Assembly (NCBI RefSeq): GCF_006345805.1
Contig: NC_043004.1
Span: forward strand, 78,120,001-78,184,000
DNA length: 64,000 nucleotides
Direction of reading: 5' to 3'
Source: Octopus sinensis
Taxonomy: Eukaryota
Shown: in pieces, positions 61,813 to 64,000 of the stretch
Layout of the letters: the number at the start of each line of letters is the position of its first letter
Numbering within the stretch: position 1 is the stretch's first letter
Notes under the pieces: generated by a model
Told to the model about the DNA's origin: nothing
Seen by the model: the letters and a program-made list of their open reading frames with translations, nothing else
Databases searched by the model: none
Position numbers and translations under genes: made by a program

Positions 61813-64000
61813 CAAGGGCCTGAGATTAATAAACTTCCTAGACATTATTTAATACCTGTATTCCATACCGGCATGGGTCATCTGGTTTGATAGGATCTGA
61901 CCAGCGAGGGACTCACATCTGAACTCTAGTATCTGCTTTGGAAAAGCTTTCTACACGTGAATGCCCTTCTTAATGCCAACCATTGTACAGAGTGTAGTGA
62001 GTGTTCTCACAAGTGCTGGTGCCACAGAGTCACTCACAAGACAAGAACCTCTTGGCTGAATGAGAGTGCAGTAGTGAGAAATGGTTTTGTGCCAGGTGTT
62101 GAGAGGCTGAAGTATGACAGAAGAACAGGAACAATTATCTTGGTGAAGAGGAGAGATGTCTGGCTTCCATAAAGGAGAAAGGAAGAAAGAACAGAGGAGG
62201 TGAAGTGTCAGGACATATCATTGAAGTACAAAAAAGGGGTTAAAACAGAGATTAGGGGCAGAAAATCAAGGCCAGCTAGATGGGTGGGTTGGCAAGTGTG
62301 TGAAAGGAGAGAAAGAGAGTAGAGATGAGGATAGAAGTGAACAGAGTGAATGGTGAAGATGAGTGGAGGCAAGGACAAGGGTGAATTTGAGTTCAGGGGA
62401 TGGGAATGTAAAGGAAAGTGGGAATGGATAAAGGAGGAGGAGGAAGAGGTAATAGAAGTAACAGTAGTACGGTGGGGGGGATGCACCGTAACAGTGCGTT
62501 GTTGAATCCACCATTTATTGGTGATTCCCTACAACTGATGATCGATACCTTTGCACCACTCAGGTGACAACCCTCCAACCCATGGGTCTCTTTGGGTAGA
62601 TGTAGCTGGCGAGGGTTTTACAAGGTCAGAGTGCAAATCCAACGACAACCTCTTTTAATTGCCCTTACAACATGCCTGGGAATATTGGGTTTATTCCTAG
62701 ACATGCCAGTCCTCAGACAGCAGATGGAGTTGGTAAGTGGTAATATATAAAAAGGGGAGAGATGGAGAACAACAGTAAAATAAAACAGATGAGAAAGAGG
62801 GAGATAATGTAAACATGTACAGTGACAGAGAAGGAGGTTAGAGGCACATAGGGATGGATATCATAACAAAGGTAAGGGAAGATCATTGATGGCAGATATG
62901 AGAATGTGTTCTATACGTTCTGATTGTAGTTGTTGCTAATATTGTTATTGCATGCAGTTGCTGTTACTATGGTTACCATCAAATTCTTTTTGTGTTTTCC
63001 AAACATACTACTCCTGTTAAATCTTTTCCCAACAAAAAGCTCATTACTTATGAAATTCTTCAATAAATATATATGGTTGATTGATTTTTCTAGTTGCCGA
63101 TTTGACCTTGATGCAGGAGTTCAAACATTTTATGAATAGATCAACTTTGTGCCTCTTAATTGAATTAGATTAGCTTAATTGATCATGACTAGATTAGCTT
63201 AATATCTTAGGTCAACAAGCTATCAGCAACATGGTCTGAGTAAATGATTGAATAAATATTGAAAAGGAATAAATTAAATGGATAAACTTGATTTATGATT
63301 GAGGGTTAGGGGTTAGAAAAGAGGGATCTGTGCTTCTGACCTTTTCTACGGGTCTACCTGATTATAGACAGGAAGTGATCCTCAGATTCAAGACTTGGTC
63401 CAAATGCCTACAACAAAATGGATTGCAAGAATGCAAGAGTCAGGTGATGGTATTAAACCAGGAGAATTACTACATCTACCACTCAAAGGAGCTTCTTTTC
63501 AGTCTTATATGTTTTTCATTCCAAACCCATTTTAATAACAGGTTTATTATCTATCATCTCTTTTCAGTGAATCTACCGTTTTAACGTCTCGCATTTCTTG
63601 ACTAGATTTGATGCTATAAAAGCTGGACTACCCTGTGAGTCCCAAGAATTAGATGCAAGTGTTAAACTGAGAGACAAACCAACCCTAAAAAAAGCGTCTT
63701 TTTTTTTTAATATATTTTTTCATTTCAGACCTGTTATTTTTAGACTGTTTCTTATCAACCTTCTCACTGTACCTATATTGATGCTATGGCACCAATTTTT
63801 AATCTGTCCCTACCACAGCACATTGGAAAAGGTATTAAATATATTATGGTGTATAATCAGCCTTTTAAAAATTCATAGAAAAAAATTTTTTATGTTTATT
63901 GAAATTATTTTAAAAGCGATAAATGCATTCATTAGATGCTTTACCATAAAAGAACCCCCATGCAAAAAGGAACACCTGTGCATTAAAAATATTCAAGTTT

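Noticed and set aside
62170-62900. Purine-rich block as a remnant of the autonomous Penelope partner
   Set aside because: No RT or GIY-YIG motifs could be translated and no hammerhead is adjacent.
63301-63316. Telomere-like GGGTTAGGGGTTAG
   Set aside because: Only two imperfect units; chance level.

Overview
AT-rich, microsatellite-dense animal genomic DNA. The SINE/LINE repertoire fits a coleoid cephalopod, most likely Octopus (inferred, not searched). Most of the window is interspersed repeat. It holds a near-full-length RTE LINE (APE endonuclease, RT and a Cys/His cluster; ORF ~52389-55539) whose 3' UTR, ending in (GAT)n, recurs as ~20 truncated copies. It also holds several tRNA-derived SINE families (CORE-like, Meta-domain-like), two mariner relics, CR1 and R4/Dong 3' fragments, a HINE-like element and small MITEs. 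A CpG-richer island at ~19.7-23.5 kb contains the start of an unidentified minus-strand spliced gene, including a candidate 6-nt microexon, and a candidate plus-strand exon. The most unusual signal is a tRNA-headed SINE-like family (5 loci, 7 motif copies). Its 3' half matches a Penelope-type minimal hammerhead ribozyme, and at two loci it forms head-to-head palindromic dimers. Nearly all short ORFs in the supplied track are repeat or microsatellite artefacts. Repeat boundaries are approximate and were read by eye.
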